Shown here piece after piece: positions 63,276-64,000 of a stretch of 64,000 nucleotides of DNA (position 1 is its first letter; each line of letters begins with the position of its first letter). The stretch spans positions 85,391,264 to 85,455,263 of the forward strand of contig NC_068988.1 in NCBI RefSeq assembly GCF_001194135.2, read 5' to 3'. The stretch comes from Octopus bimaculoides (taxonomy: Eukaryota). The position numbers and the translations under genes were made by a program. The notes under the pieces were generated by a model that made no database searches, had not been told where the DNA came from, and worked only from the letters and a program-made list of their open reading frames with translations.

Positions 63276-63587
63276 TGGGAGAATAGGGAGTTGAGGGTAA
63301 AATATTAATAACTAAATCCATCTCAATACTTGTATAATGCTTACTTCAGTCACCACAGAATGATGAATGACAAAGCTATCATTAGTAAGATTTGAACTCG
63401 GAATAAAAAGAGACAAAACTGATACCACAAAACATTTTCTCCAGTAACCTAATTAATTTTCTTCAAACAACAACATGAAACATTAATTTTTCTGGATAGA
63501 TACAGTTGGTTAACCATTTTACAAGACTATTTTAGTATTTTATCAATTTCAGAAGAATAAATAAAATAAAATTATATATAAATAAGC

Positions 63588-63975
63588 CGTAGGAGTGGCT
63601 GTGTGGTAAGTAGCCTGCTTACGAACCACATGGTTCTGGGTTCAGTCCCACTGTGTGGAACCTTGGGCAAGTGTCTTCTACTATAGCCTTGGGCCAACCA
63701 AAGCCTTGTGAGTGGATTTCGTAGATGGAAACTGATAGAAGCCCATCGTATATATGTATGTGTGTCTGTGTTTGTCACCCCAACATCACTTGACAACCGA
63801 TGCTGGTGTGTTTACGCCCCTGTAACTTAGCGTTTTGGCAAAAGAGACAGATAGAATAAGTACTAGGCTTACAAAGAATAAGTCCTGGGGGTCGATTTGT
63901 TCAACTAAAGGTGGTGCTCCAGCATGGCTACAGTCACATGACTGAAACAAGTAAAAGAGTAAATAAAAGTAAATT
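63588..63975 (+). mobile_element. Full-length tRNA-derived SINE family A (CORE-like block, CR1-like tail)
   Basis: A box TGGCTGTGTGG, B box GGTTCAGTCCC, ccttgggcaagtgtctt (MIR/CORE-like), internal TA/TG tract, tail ggtggtgctccagcatggctacagtcacatgactgaaacaagtaaaagag. Confidence 0.9.
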
Positions 63976-64000
63976 GATCAAAGCCTTTTGAGTGGATTTG

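Overview
AT-rich, microsatellite-dense eukaryotic DNA with roughly 5 kb of assembly gaps (N runs). The SINE families and repeat landscape point to a cephalopod, most likely Octopus (inference, no database search run). I found no host protein-coding exon that I can support. Nearly all long ORFs in the supplied track are artefacts of (TA)n/(CA)n repeats or N runs. The window is a retroelement graveyard. It holds degenerate LINE fragments (CR1-like, several RTE-clade) and two lineages of Penelope-like elements (PLEs: a YADD-type RT + GIY-YIG copy at 14.8-16.2 kb, and a YRDD 'Hydra/Naiad-like' type at 17.9-18.2 and 58.2-60.7 kb). It also holds at least four tRNA-derived SINE head types with swapped tails, Helitron-like termini and several foldback hairpins. 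The main hidden signal is RNA structure: at least five different repeat families carry minimal type I hammerhead ribozyme (HHR) folds, mostly in inverted-repeat PLE-type termini. One family has a tRNA-derived Pol III promoter placed just upstream of its hammerhead. It occurs both at the 3' end of a coding Penelope copy and as a stand-alone, ORF-less, TSD-flanked insertion starting exactly at the tRNA head, i.e. a candidate Penelope-mobilised ribozyme SINE. A CpG-retaining block at about 39-43 kb is a candidate unmethylated regulatory region.
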